NCBI GenBank assembly: GCA_016214655.1
Contig: JACROC010000002.1
Span: 67,801 to 131,800, forward strand
Reading direction: 5' to 3'
DNA length: 64,000 nucleotides
Source of the DNA: Candidatus Harrisonbacteria bacterium
GTDB taxonomy: Bacteria > Patescibacteriota > Minisyncoccia > UBA6257 > 02-FULL-45-10c
A model generated the notes under the pieces. That model saw only the letters and a list, made by a program, of their open reading frames with translations, was not told the DNA's origin and did no database searches. Shown here one piece after another: positions 27,056-34,913 of the stretch; within the stretch, counting starts at the first letter, position 1; the number at the start of each line of letters is the position of its first letter. The position numbers and the translations under genes are program-made.

Positions 27056-27712
27056 TCATTTTACTACACTTAAATCGCTGATTCTAACAGAATTTTCTTT
27101 AGTAAACTGTCCGACCCGAATCCGTTCTAAATCTGCCAGATACCCGCCGCAACCTAACTCTTTACCGATATCCCGAGCCAAGGAGCGGATGTAAACTCCC
27201 GGACCGGTTACTGCGCTTAATTCCAAAAACGGCCACTGGTATTTAATCAAATTGATTTTTTTTATTTCCACTTCCCTTGCCTTTAATTCCGGCGCCTTAC
27301 CCTGACGCGCCAATTTATAAGCTGATTTCCCGCTTATTTTAATGGCAGAAAATATCGGCGGAACCTGCATAATTTTTCCCTCAAACTTTTTCAAAACTTC
27401 TCCAACTTCTTCTTTTGATGGCTGCCGGATAATTTTCTTTTCTGTCTTATCGCCCTCTTCATCATCAGTACTGCTGATTACACCCAACTTGATTTCGGCC
27501 AAATATTCTTTCTCTTTTTTAACTTCACCACCCAATCTTTTAGTCGCCTCCCGGCCGATGCCAATCACCAAAACTCCGCTTGCAAGCGGATCCAAAGTAC
27601 CGGCATGTCCAATCTTTTTATCGCCGATGGTCTTCTTAATCTCCCTCAAGATATCATAAGACGTCGGGCCTTTCGGCTTATAAACCGCAAAAATTCCGGA
27701 GGTTTTTTCCAT
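27056..27712 (-). CDS. truB: tRNA pseudouridine(55) synthase
   Basis: 'GIFAVYKPKGPTSYD' and 'GHAGTLDPLASGVLVIGIG'. Confidence 0.85.
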   Translation of the reverse strand: MEKTSGIFAVYKPKGPTSYDILREIKKTIGDKKIGHAGTLDPLASGVLVIGIGREATKRLGGEVKKEKEYLAEIKLGVISSTDDEEGDKTEKKIIRQPSKEEVGEVLKKFEGKIMQVPPIFSAIKISGKSAYKLARQGKAPELKAREVEIKKINLIKYQWPFLELSAVTGPGVYIRSLARDIGKELGCGGYLADLERIRVGQFTKENSVRISDLSVVK

Positions 27713-27716
27713 AAAA

Positions 27717-28901
27717 TTATATCTTGCATTTCAACATTTGCCTGGCAATTTCTCCCATCTCATCAGTATGAATCACCGCGATTTTAACTGGAGCCCTCTT
27801 TTCATGAATAAAGCCGTCGGAGCCAACTAATTTATCATTTTTTTTCTCATCCAAAGCTATCCCCAATCCCTCCAGCTCGCTGCAAATCCTGGAACGCATA
27901 ATAAAAGACCTCTCCCCAATAGTTGCCGTAAAAACTAAAAGTTCCAGCCCATTCAAGGCTGCCGAGTAAGCGCCGATATATTTTTTGATGTGATAAACAA
28001 AAGTTTCCAGAGCAATCTTTGCCTTACGGTCACCGGCTTTCTCCAATTTGATCAACTCTCGGACATCCGCAGTTTTGCCGCTCAAACCCAGCAAACCGCA
28101 TTTGGAATTAAAATAGGTTTCCAACTGCCGCAAACTCAAGCCAAGCTTCTGCGCTAAATAAATAACCGCCCCGGCATCAATATTTCCAATCCGCGTACCC
28201 ATCGGCACCCCCTCCAGAGGCGTAAACCCCATCGAGGTATCAATACTTACTCCATTTTCCACCGCCGCAATACTGGAACCGCTGCCCAAATGGCAAATTA
28301 TCATCTTGGACGGAAGCTCGCCTAGTAAACTTTTAACCTTCGGCAAAATAGACTGCATAGAAATTCCATGATAGCCGTAGCGGTACATTCCAAATCTCCG
28401 AACTACTTTTTCGGGCAAACTATAAAGTTTAGATTGAAACGGCATATTCGCATGAAAGGCACTATCCGAAACTCCCACAACCTGAACGCCGGGCAAAATC
28501 TTTTTTAACTGCCTAATTTCGGCAATAATCGGATGAATATGAAGCGGAGCTTCCTGTTCTGAAGCTTTTAATTTATTAAAATAGGTTTTATCCACTACAC
28601 AGCTGGATAAAAAATAGTCTCCGGGCGCAACCACTCGCAAACCAATCATCTCAATATCTGATTTAGCGCTGATTATCTTTTTTGCTTGCAATAATTCTAA
28701 CAAATAGCGTATGGACGCACCATACTCAGCTTGAGTAATATTTTTTTTATTCCTCTGCAAACCGGCAGTAAAAGTCACCACCAATTTACCATCCTCCTTT
28801 TCAAAGTGGGCTTTACAAACTTCTTTTCCACCGGCATATAAAGCGTATTTCTTGGACGCGCTGCCGGTATTTACAATTAAATATTTCTTGTCCATTGCCA
28901 A
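27717..28901 (-). CDS. ackA: Acetate kinase
   Basis: 'LIVNTGSASKKY', 'YGYHGIS' and 'ICHLGSGSSIAAVENG'. Confidence 0.85.
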   Translation of the reverse strand: MAMDKKYLIVNTGSASKKYALYAGGKEVCKAHFEKEDGKLVVTFTAGLQRNKKNITQAEYGASIRYLLELLQAKKIISAKSDIEMIGLRVVAPGDYFLSSCVVDKTYFNKLKASEQEAPLHIHPIIAEIRQLKKILPGVQVVGVSDSAFHANMPFQSKLYSLPEKVVRRFGMYRYGYHGISMQSILPKVKSLLGELPSKMIICHLGSGSSIAAVENGVSIDTSMGFTPLEGVPMGTRIGNIDAGAVIYLAQKLGLSLRQLETYFNSKCGLLGLSGKTADVRELIKLEKAGDRKAKIALETFVYHIKKYIGAYSAALNGLELLVFTATIGERSFIMRSRICSELEGLGIALDEKKNDKLVGSDGFIHEKRAPVKIAVIHTDEMGEIARQMLKCKI

Positions 28902-31225
28902 TTTTCTATTTCCTCCGGATCAACTCCGTATTTCTTAATAAATTCGCGGTGTTCTTCTAATTTCTTGTCATACTTTTTTATAAGCTGATCAGATTTATCT
29001 TGACTGACAACTCCGGCCTTAGCCATCTTAGCGAAGACTTCTTTTGCCAGATGATAGCGGCTAGTTTCATTCCTGACTTGCATATCGAATGGCGTAGTCG
29101 TAGAACCGTTCTCAATATAGCCATGAACCGAAAACCGCCTATTGTCATTTTCTTTATCAAAAAGAATCTGTTTTAAGGTTCCCGGATAGCCGTGAAAATT
29201 GAAAATAACCGGTTTGTCGTGCGTAAAATAACTGTCAAAACTCCAAGGAACTACACATTCGCTGTTGCCGATTTCTAAAACTGAAAGTTCCATAATATTC
29301 ACAAATCGAACTTTAATTTCAGATGCTTCTTGCTTAATGATATCTATCGCGGCTAAAGCCTCTTTGCTTAAATAATCACCCACGGCAGAGATCACGATAT
29401 CCGGATCCGGATCGCTGGCAAAGTCCCAAGTCATCAAGCCATTTCCCATCTCTTTTTCAGCCAGTTCCGGCGTCAGCCATCTTGGCTCCTGAGTCTTGCC
29501 AGCCACAATAACATTGATTGCATTTCTCAAGGAAAGACATTTTTTCAATACCGCTAACGTGCTGTTGCCATCCGGCGGAAAATAAACATGCACCAGACAG
29601 CCATGCTTATGCAAAATATTACTGATAAAACCGGGATTCTGATGCGAAAAGCCATTATGTTCCTGCCGCCATCCGGAAGAGGTCAGAATGTAATTTAAAG
29701 AAGGCACATCTCCCCGCCAGGGGAATTCTCGCGCTATTTTTATAAATTTAGAATATTGATCAACCATGCTGGAAATTATCTGAATAAAAGCCTCATAAGA
29801 AGCGAATATTGCATGGCGGCCGGTCAAAACATAGCCCTGCATCATTCCCTGTAAAGAATGCTCGCTTAACATTTCCATTACCCGCCCGGACGGCTCCAAA
29901 TCCTTATCCCACTTCTCTTTCGGCAACATAAAGGCTCTGGCAGTCGTTTCAAAAACTGCATCCAATTTATTGGAATAAGTTTCGTCCGGAGACATTAAGC
30001 GGAAATTTTTATTTTCCTTATTCAATTGGAAGACTTTATTCAAATACAATCCTGCGCGGCGCATACTGCTGGAACCCATAGTGCCCGGAACAGATGCATC
30101 TTCGCTGAATTCCGAAGCTGTTGGTAAAATAAGCGGTTTCATAGCTTCTTCTCCGCCAAAAGTATGTTTATTCCGCCCCATCAGCAATTCCGGAGCCGGA
30201 ATTAATTCCCGCACCCCATCTATGAATCCAGAATCGGCATTAAAAAGTTCGTTAAAATTATAAGAACGGAACCACTTATCAATTGCCTTAAGTTCGTCCT
30301 TATTAGTCTTAGCGCCGGAAGCAATAACCTGATGCGATAAATAATTGCCCTCTATTTTTTTTCCGTTTAATTTTTTAATCCCAGTCCAGCCCTTGGGAGT
30401 TTTTAAAATAATCATCGGAAAGCGCGGCGGCAATTCAGACGAAGCTCCCTTCCGGGCCCGATCTTGGATTTCGCGGATTGACCGGTAACAATCCTCCATC
30501 ACCTGCAATGTTTTTTCGTACAAATTTTTACCGTCAACTATATGCGGTTCATAACCATAACCGATAAAGAGGGCCTTAAGTTCACGATTAGACATTCTGC
30601 CAAAAATAGTCGGGCCGGAAATTTTATATCCATTAAGGTGCAGAATCGGCAGCACTGCTCCGTTAGTTGCCGGATCAATAAATTTATTAAGATGCCAAGC
30701 CGTTGCCGTTGGTCCAGTTTCCGCCTCACCATCGCCAATAACACAGGCCGCTATCAAGTCCGGATTATCTAAAACCGCTCCGTAAGCAGTAGAAAGCGCA
30801 TAACCAAGTTCTCCGCCCTCTAAAATAACTCCCGGAGAACCTGGATTGCTATGGCTTGGAAAGCCATAAGGCCAGCTGAAATTTTTTGCCATATAACCTA
30901 TGCCATTCGCATTCTGAGTGACGTCCGGATAATATTTGCCAAGGGTACCTTCAATGAAAAGATTGGCCTGAAGCGCCGGAAAACCATGCCCCGGGCCTAA
31001 AATAAATAACATCCTAGCATTATATTTTTTTATCAAATAATTTAAATTTGCATAAACAAGGTTAATGCCGGGGCAAGTTCCCCAATGTCCCAGTAACCGC
31101 GGCTTAATATCGTCAAAAGAAAGTTTCCGCCCTAATAAAAAATTATCCTGCAGATAAATCTGAACCGCAGTCAGATAATTAGCCGCCCGGACGTATTTTT
31201 TTATAGATTCTAAGCCATGTTCCAT
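28877..31225 (-). CDS. xfp: Xylulose-5-phosphate / fructose-6-phosphate phosphoketolase
   Basis: 'GHWGTCPG' and 'ILGPGHG'. 782 aa. Overlaps ackA by 25 nt, which is the typical xfp-ackA arrangement. Confidence 0.85.
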   Translation of the reverse strand: MEHGLESIKKYVRAANYLTAVQIYLQDNFLLGRKLSFDDIKPRLLGHWGTCPGINLVYANLNYLIKKYNARMLFILGPGHGFPALQANLFIEGTLGKYYPDVTQNANGIGYMAKNFSWPYGFPSHSNPGSPGVILEGGELGYALSTAYGAVLDNPDLIAACVIGDGEAETGPTATAWHLNKFIDPATNGAVLPILHLNGYKISGPTIFGRMSNRELKALFIGYGYEPHIVDGKNLYEKTLQVMEDCYRSIREIQDRARKGASSELPPRFPMIILKTPKGWTGIKKLNGKKIEGNYLSHQVIASGAKTNKDELKAIDKWFRSYNFNELFNADSGFIDGVRELIPAPELLMGRNKHTFGGEEAMKPLILPTASEFSEDASVPGTMGSSSMRRAGLYLNKVFQLNKENKNFRLMSPDETYSNKLDAVFETTARAFMLPKEKWDKDLEPSGRVMEMLSEHSLQGMMQGYVLTGRHAIFASYEAFIQIISSMVDQYSKFIKIAREFPWRGDVPSLNYILTSSGWRQEHNGFSHQNPGFISNILHKHGCLVHVYFPPDGNSTLAVLKKCLSLRNAINVIVAGKTQEPRWLTPELAEKEMGNGLMTWDFASDPDPDIVISAVGDYLSKEALAAIDIIKQEASEIKVRFVNIMELSVLEIGNSECVVPWSFDSYFTHDKPVIFNFHGYPGTLKQILFDKENDNRRFSVHGYIENGSTTTPFDMQVRNETSRYHLAKEVFAKMAKAGVVSQDKSDQLIKKYDKKLEEHREFIKKYGVDPEEIENWQWTRNI

Positions 31226-31227
31226 AT

Positions 31228-31270
31228 GAGACCAGGATACGAATTTGAGCCAAGTTCGTATCCTGGTCTC
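31228..31270. promoter_or_regulatory. Perfect 16-bp-arm inverted repeat (gagaccaggatacgaa-N11-ttcgtatcctggtctc) abutting the xfp start codon
   Basis: Read directly. It ends 2 nt before the xfp ATG (31223-31225), and no RBS lies between. Confidence 0.6.
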
Positions 31271-31278
31271 TTAATTAT

Positions 31279-31295
31279 AATCCAATAATTGGATT
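31279..31295. promoter_or_regulatory. Palindrome aatccaat-a-attggatt upstream of obg
   Basis: Perfect 8-1-8 palindrome, read directly. Confidence 0.4.
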
Positions 31296-31323
31296 AATAA
31301 AAATTTTAGATTACAATAACAGA

Positions 31324-32298
31324 ATGTTAATCGATGATGTTACCATTACCGTGGCTTCCGGAAACGGAGGGCGCGGAGCAGTGGCTTTTAATAAAAATAT
31401 GATGAGCTTGGGTCCGGCCGGCGGCAGCGGAGGAAATGGCGGCAGCGTTTACTGCGAGGGCGTTGTTGACCTTTCGGCATTGCGCCAATTCCGGTTTAAA
31501 AAAGATCTGGCCGCCAATAATGGAGAAAACGGCAAAGCCCAATTTAATGACGGCAAAGACGGCCAGGATCTGATCTTAAAAGTTCCGGTTGGAACGGTAA
31601 TTCATAATTTAGAAACCAGCCAAGATGCGGAAATTACCGCTATCGGCGAACGCACGCTGGTTGCCAAAGGCGGCCACGGCGGCAAAGGCAATTTTCTTTT
31701 CCGTTCGCCCCGCAACACCAGTCCGAAAAGATTTCAGGAGGGCTTACCCGGAGAGAAATTTACCCTAAGATTAGAACTCAAACTTATTGCCGACGTCGGG
31801 TTGATCGGTCTCCCGAATGCCGGGAAATCCAGCTTACTTAACGAACTGACCAGCGCTAAAAGCAAAGTTGCGAATTATCCATTCACAACCCTGGAGCCAA
31901 ATTTAGGAACTTATTATGAATTAATCCTTGCTGATCTTCCCGGACTGATTGAAGGCGCATCCGGCGGCAAAGGATTGGGAATAAAATTTCTACGCCACGT
32001 TGAAAGAACTAAAATACTGTTTCATTTAATCTCCGCCGAATCCGCCGGACCCGTAAAAGAATATAAAATAATCCGCAAAGAATTAGGCGCCTATAACAAA
32101 GAACTTCTCAAGAAAAAAGAATATCTCTTTCTCTCAAAGAGCGATGCGGTCAGTCCGGCTAATCTGAAAAAGAAACTGGCGGTTTTGAAGAAATTAAATC
32201 CATCCGTAATAGCGATTTCAATATACGATTTTAACAGTATTGAAAAAGTTAAAAAGATTCTTAACGGTATTATCAAAAATAAGTACGCGAAAAAATAA
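31324..32298 (+). CDS. obg: GTPase Obg
   Basis: Gly-rich N-domain 'SGNGGRGAVAF...GPAGGSGGNGGSVY'. G1 'GLIGLPNAGKSSLL'. Confidence 0.85.
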   Translation: MLIDDVTITVASGNGGRGAVAFNKNMMSLGPAGGSGGNGGSVYCEGVVDLSALRQFRFKKDLAANNGENGKAQFNDGKDGQDLILKVPVGTVIHNLETSQDAEITAIGERTLVAKGGHGGKGNFLFRSPRNTSPKRFQEGLPGEKFTLRLELKLIADVGLIGLPNAGKSSLLNELTSAKSKVANYPFTTLEPNLGTYYELILADLPGLIEGASGGKGLGIKFLRHVERTKILFHLISAESAGPVKEYKIIRKELGAYNKELLKKKEYLFLSKSDAVSPANLKKKLAVLKKLNPSVIAISIYDFNSIEKVKKILNGIIKNKYAKK

Positions 32299-32320
32299 AA
32301 ATAAGCCTTTAGGCTTATTT

Positions 32321-33943
32321 TTAAATTATCTTTGCCTTTTTTAGCACTTGCCGGACAGAATGCGGATAATCATGAACTTTTGCCAAGGCTTTGCGCGCTT
32401 GCGCCTTGCTGATAAATCCAACCGTCACCTCCCTGGCTAAACGCGTTGTATCAGGATGAAAACCTAATAATCTTCTGGCTTTATTCTCTGCCGCCCGCGC
32501 GAATAAACAAGAATTAGAATTGGACTCAATCAAAGCCTCGCCTCTAGGTATCCGCCAGCCTAATTTTCTAAGGATTCTTCCGGTATCGGAAATCTTGCGC
32601 TGAAGAAGAAAAGGCAGATGCACGATATAAACTGCCGGTTTATTTTTAAACGGTTTTAATCTCCGGATAGCGGAAAAAATAAATTTTTGGGAGTCGCTAT
32701 TCTGGCTTAATCCTGCCCATTCGTTAATTCCTAAAATCACCGCGCGTGCGCCATACTTTAGCGCTTCGGCATAATAAGCGCGGATAATAAGCCGCCGGCA
32801 TAACTGGCAAGTTCTTACAAACGGTATGGCATGCCGGCATTTAATTGAATAATGTCTTCTGCCCTCCCCATACCACCGCCGAAACTTTTCTCTTAACTCC
32901 GGAGAGTCTTTTTCATCGTATAAGTCTGCGGTTTTTATAAAACTTAAACGATCCGCCGGACGGATATATTTTCTTACATCAATCTTTTTATAATCAGCGC
33001 CTAATTTCTTAACAACTCGCCTAGCGCGCCGAAAAATATGTTCTGGGTAATATCCGGTGTCCAGGGAAAAAGCCAGCGGAGTAAATCCTAATCTCTTAAC
33101 TTCGTAAAGGGTTGCGGTGCTGTCCTTTCCTCCGGAAACACCGACTAAAGCGTCGTATTTGCCGCGGCCGGTATTCCTGATAGAGAGCAGAAATTTTAAC
33201 TCTTTCTGAAACAGCCGAATACTGAAATTTGATTCATATTGCGCGCATACATCGCAAAGTCCAGACTTACTGATAACGGTCGAAGAATTGACACTGGAAT
33301 TCACGCATCGTTTGCATTCCGCCGCTTTTACCAGCGCCTTAATCTGCCTGGCAATCTCCTTCCTCTGGGTAACCGCAGTATTAAAAGAAAGATGGCTGAT
33401 TTTCTCCACTTCATTAGTGGAAAAAAGCCGCTGTTCAATTTCCTTTTCTTTTTCTGCCAGCTTACGGGAAAAACTTTCCCGCTTCGCCAGACGGCTGACT
33501 AACTGCCTGGCTGGCGTTTTAAGATAAACAATTAAATACCCGTGATTTTTTAAATAGACCGCGTTCCGATAACCGCGGGTACCGGATATAATTACAAACT
33601 TCTTTGAAAAATCTTTTTCGTGCAGATAAATTAAAGTTTTGGCGATTACTGCCGGGGAATACTTATTTTTTAAATAGGTAAAAAGATTTCGCGCTTCTTC
33701 TCTCTCAAGTCTCGCCATAAACGGCTTTTTATAAATCTTTTTGATCGCCCGTAAAAAAGAATTTTCACCGCGCGGCAATTTATCAGCAATAGCCGCAGCG
33801 GGCTTAATAATATAAGTGGAAGCTTCAATATATTTGGCAGCCGGAAATTCGGCTAAGAGATATTTAGCCAGCGTGGTCTTGCCGCTCCCCGGAGCGCCGA
33901 AAATAGCAATTCCTTTATAAGTAGCTAGGCTTCGGATTTTCAT
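32321..33943 (-). CDS. Fusion protein: P-loop NTPase/kinase-like N-domain, Cys-rich zinc ribbon and PP-loop ATP pyrophosphatase C-domain
   Basis: Walker A 'GAPGSGKTT', PP-loop 'GVSGGKDST', and CxxC clusters (CKRC...CDVC; CQLC). Confidence 0.55.
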   Translation of the reverse strand: MKIRSLATYKGIAIFGAPGSGKTTLAKYLLAEFPAAKYIEASTYIIKPAAAIADKLPRGENSFLRAIKKIYKKPFMARLEREEARNLFTYLKNKYSPAVIAKTLIYLHEKDFSKKFVIISGTRGYRNAVYLKNHGYLIVYLKTPARQLVSRLAKRESFSRKLAEKEKEIEQRLFSTNEVEKISHLSFNTAVTQRKEIARQIKALVKAAECKRCVNSSVNSSTVISKSGLCDVCAQYESNFSIRLFQKELKFLLSIRNTGRGKYDALVGVSGGKDSTATLYEVKRLGFTPLAFSLDTGYYPEHIFRRARRVVKKLGADYKKIDVRKYIRPADRLSFIKTADLYDEKDSPELREKFRRWYGEGRRHYSIKCRHAIPFVRTCQLCRRLIIRAYYAEALKYGARAVILGINEWAGLSQNSDSQKFIFSAIRRLKPFKNKPAVYIVHLPFLLQRKISDTGRILRKLGWRIPRGEALIESNSNSCLFARAAENKARRLLGFHPDTTRLAREVTVGFISKAQARKALAKVHDYPHSVRQVLKKAKII

Positions 33944-33977
33944 ATTCTGAGCATAACAAAAAGTCGCCTCATCGGCG

Positions 33978-34145
33978 ACTCATATTCTATAAAATTCCTT
34001 CTTCTTTCGCTTGATCAAGTAAAAGATCGGCATGCGCCCGCTTATTCTCTAACGATATCTCGCAATGATTTGGTTCAACGCAATTCGCACCAGACTTATC
34101 AATTTTGCATTCATCGCAAACCCACGGCTTATGCTTAGTCTTCTT
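33978..34145 (-). CDS. Small Cys-containing protein (55 aa), hypothetical
   Basis: Hand-translated MKKKKTKHKPWVCDECKIDKSGANCVEPNHCEISLENKRAHADLLLDQAKEEGIL. RBS-like gagggg upstream. Not in the ORF track because it is under 60 aa. Confidence 0.3.
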
Positions 34146-34162
34146 TTTCTTCATCTGCCCCT

Positions 34163-34441
34163 CTACTTAGATTTCCGAACTACCACAAAATAGCCCATAT
34201 TATGTCCATAACTGCCATTACCATTGCCAGTCATAGCTGATACCTCCATCATGGGAAAATTTTTTAGAAAAGTGCTTAATGCATTAGCGAAATTTGCCTC
34301 GATACACGGAAAATAATAAACTCCGTTCCCATAATCCAATGGAGTGCATCCACTTTTCTTGATATTGTTCGGATCTTTTGCCGCATCACAAGCCGCAAGC
34401 AAAGCAACCGCCAACAACGGAAATACAGCTCGTCTGACCAT
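34163..34441 (-). CDS. Small lipoprotein
   Basis: Lipobox 'LLAVALLAAC'. RBS aaggaggggaaaATG at 34441. Confidence 0.55.
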   Translation of the reverse strand: MVRRAVFPLLAVALLAACDAAKDPNNIKKSGCTPLDYGNGVYYFPCIEANFANALSTFLKNFPMMEVSAMTGNGNGSYGHNMGYFVVVRKSK

Positions 34442-34560
34442 TTTCCCCTCCTTTTCAACGAACGTTACGACCATAAACATAATAACATAAAAATTAAGGT
34501 GATGTCAAATTAAAAAGCGGCCTCACAAAGCGGGGCTTTATTTTTAAAATAATCTTTCAG

Positions 34561-34816
34561 CTCCGGGAGCAGGGATCGAACCTGCGACCGTCGCGTTACA
34601 CTTACCCTCTAATTACTTAAAGGCGTGGACTATATCTTTACCTCATTAAGGTATCTCGGTATCTAGTCTCTACGGAGCCCTCGATTTTACGAGGTTCCCA
34701 CGGTATTATCCGCCAGCTGACGGACTTCACCGTTATCCCGAGAAGTTTCAACCTAAGTCGCCTTAGGAAGCTGCGTCATTTCACAGCGCGCCGCTCTACC
34801 GCTGAGCTATCCCGGA
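34561..34816 (-). tRNA. tRNA-Asn(GUU) interrupted by a group I intron
   Basis: Exon 1 (34783..34816) gives acceptor UCCGGGA, U8, D-arm GCUC-AGCGGUA-GAGC and anticodon-stem 5' strand GCGCG + CUGU. The intron is 34599..34782. Exon 2 (34561..34598) gives UAA + CGCGA, the T-arm GCAGG-UUCGAUC-CCUGC, the 3' acceptor strand UCCCGGA and discriminator G. The spliced anticodon loop CUGUUAA, with U1-A72 and G73, matches bacterial tRNA-Asn. Confidence 0.7.
34599..34782 (-). ncRNA. Group I intron (184 nt) in the tRNA-Asn anticodon loop
   Basis: P1 hairpin GCUGU|G..GCAGC has a U.G pair at the 5' splice site. R-like element GUAGAGACUAGA and S-like element AAGAUAUAGUCC are present. The 3' terminal residue is G. 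Confidence 0.65.
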
Positions 34817-34913
34817 GCTCAAAGATTATTATTTTTAATACAAAGAACTATTCTACAATATAAGATAATATAACAAATATCCAGAAAAAAATAAACTCCT
34901 CAGTTAATCGATT

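Noticed and set aside
34442-34545. Terminator downstream of the tRNA-Asn locus
   Set aside because: The region is T-rich, but I could not define a convincing stem.
34783-34790. Reading the anticodon as GUG (tRNA-His) from the unspliced 5' exon
   Set aside because: Group I 5' splice sites follow a U paired to G in P1, which places the junction after CUGU. U1-A72, G73 and the loop CUGUUAA fit Asn. There is no G-1/C73 His identity element.
34545-34830. Possible tmRNA (tRNA-like ends separated by ~190 nt)
   Set aside because: A canonical 4-bp D-stem and a full anticodon stem are present, and the interior carries group I R/S elements and a P1 with U.G. It is an intron-containing tRNA, not tmRNA.
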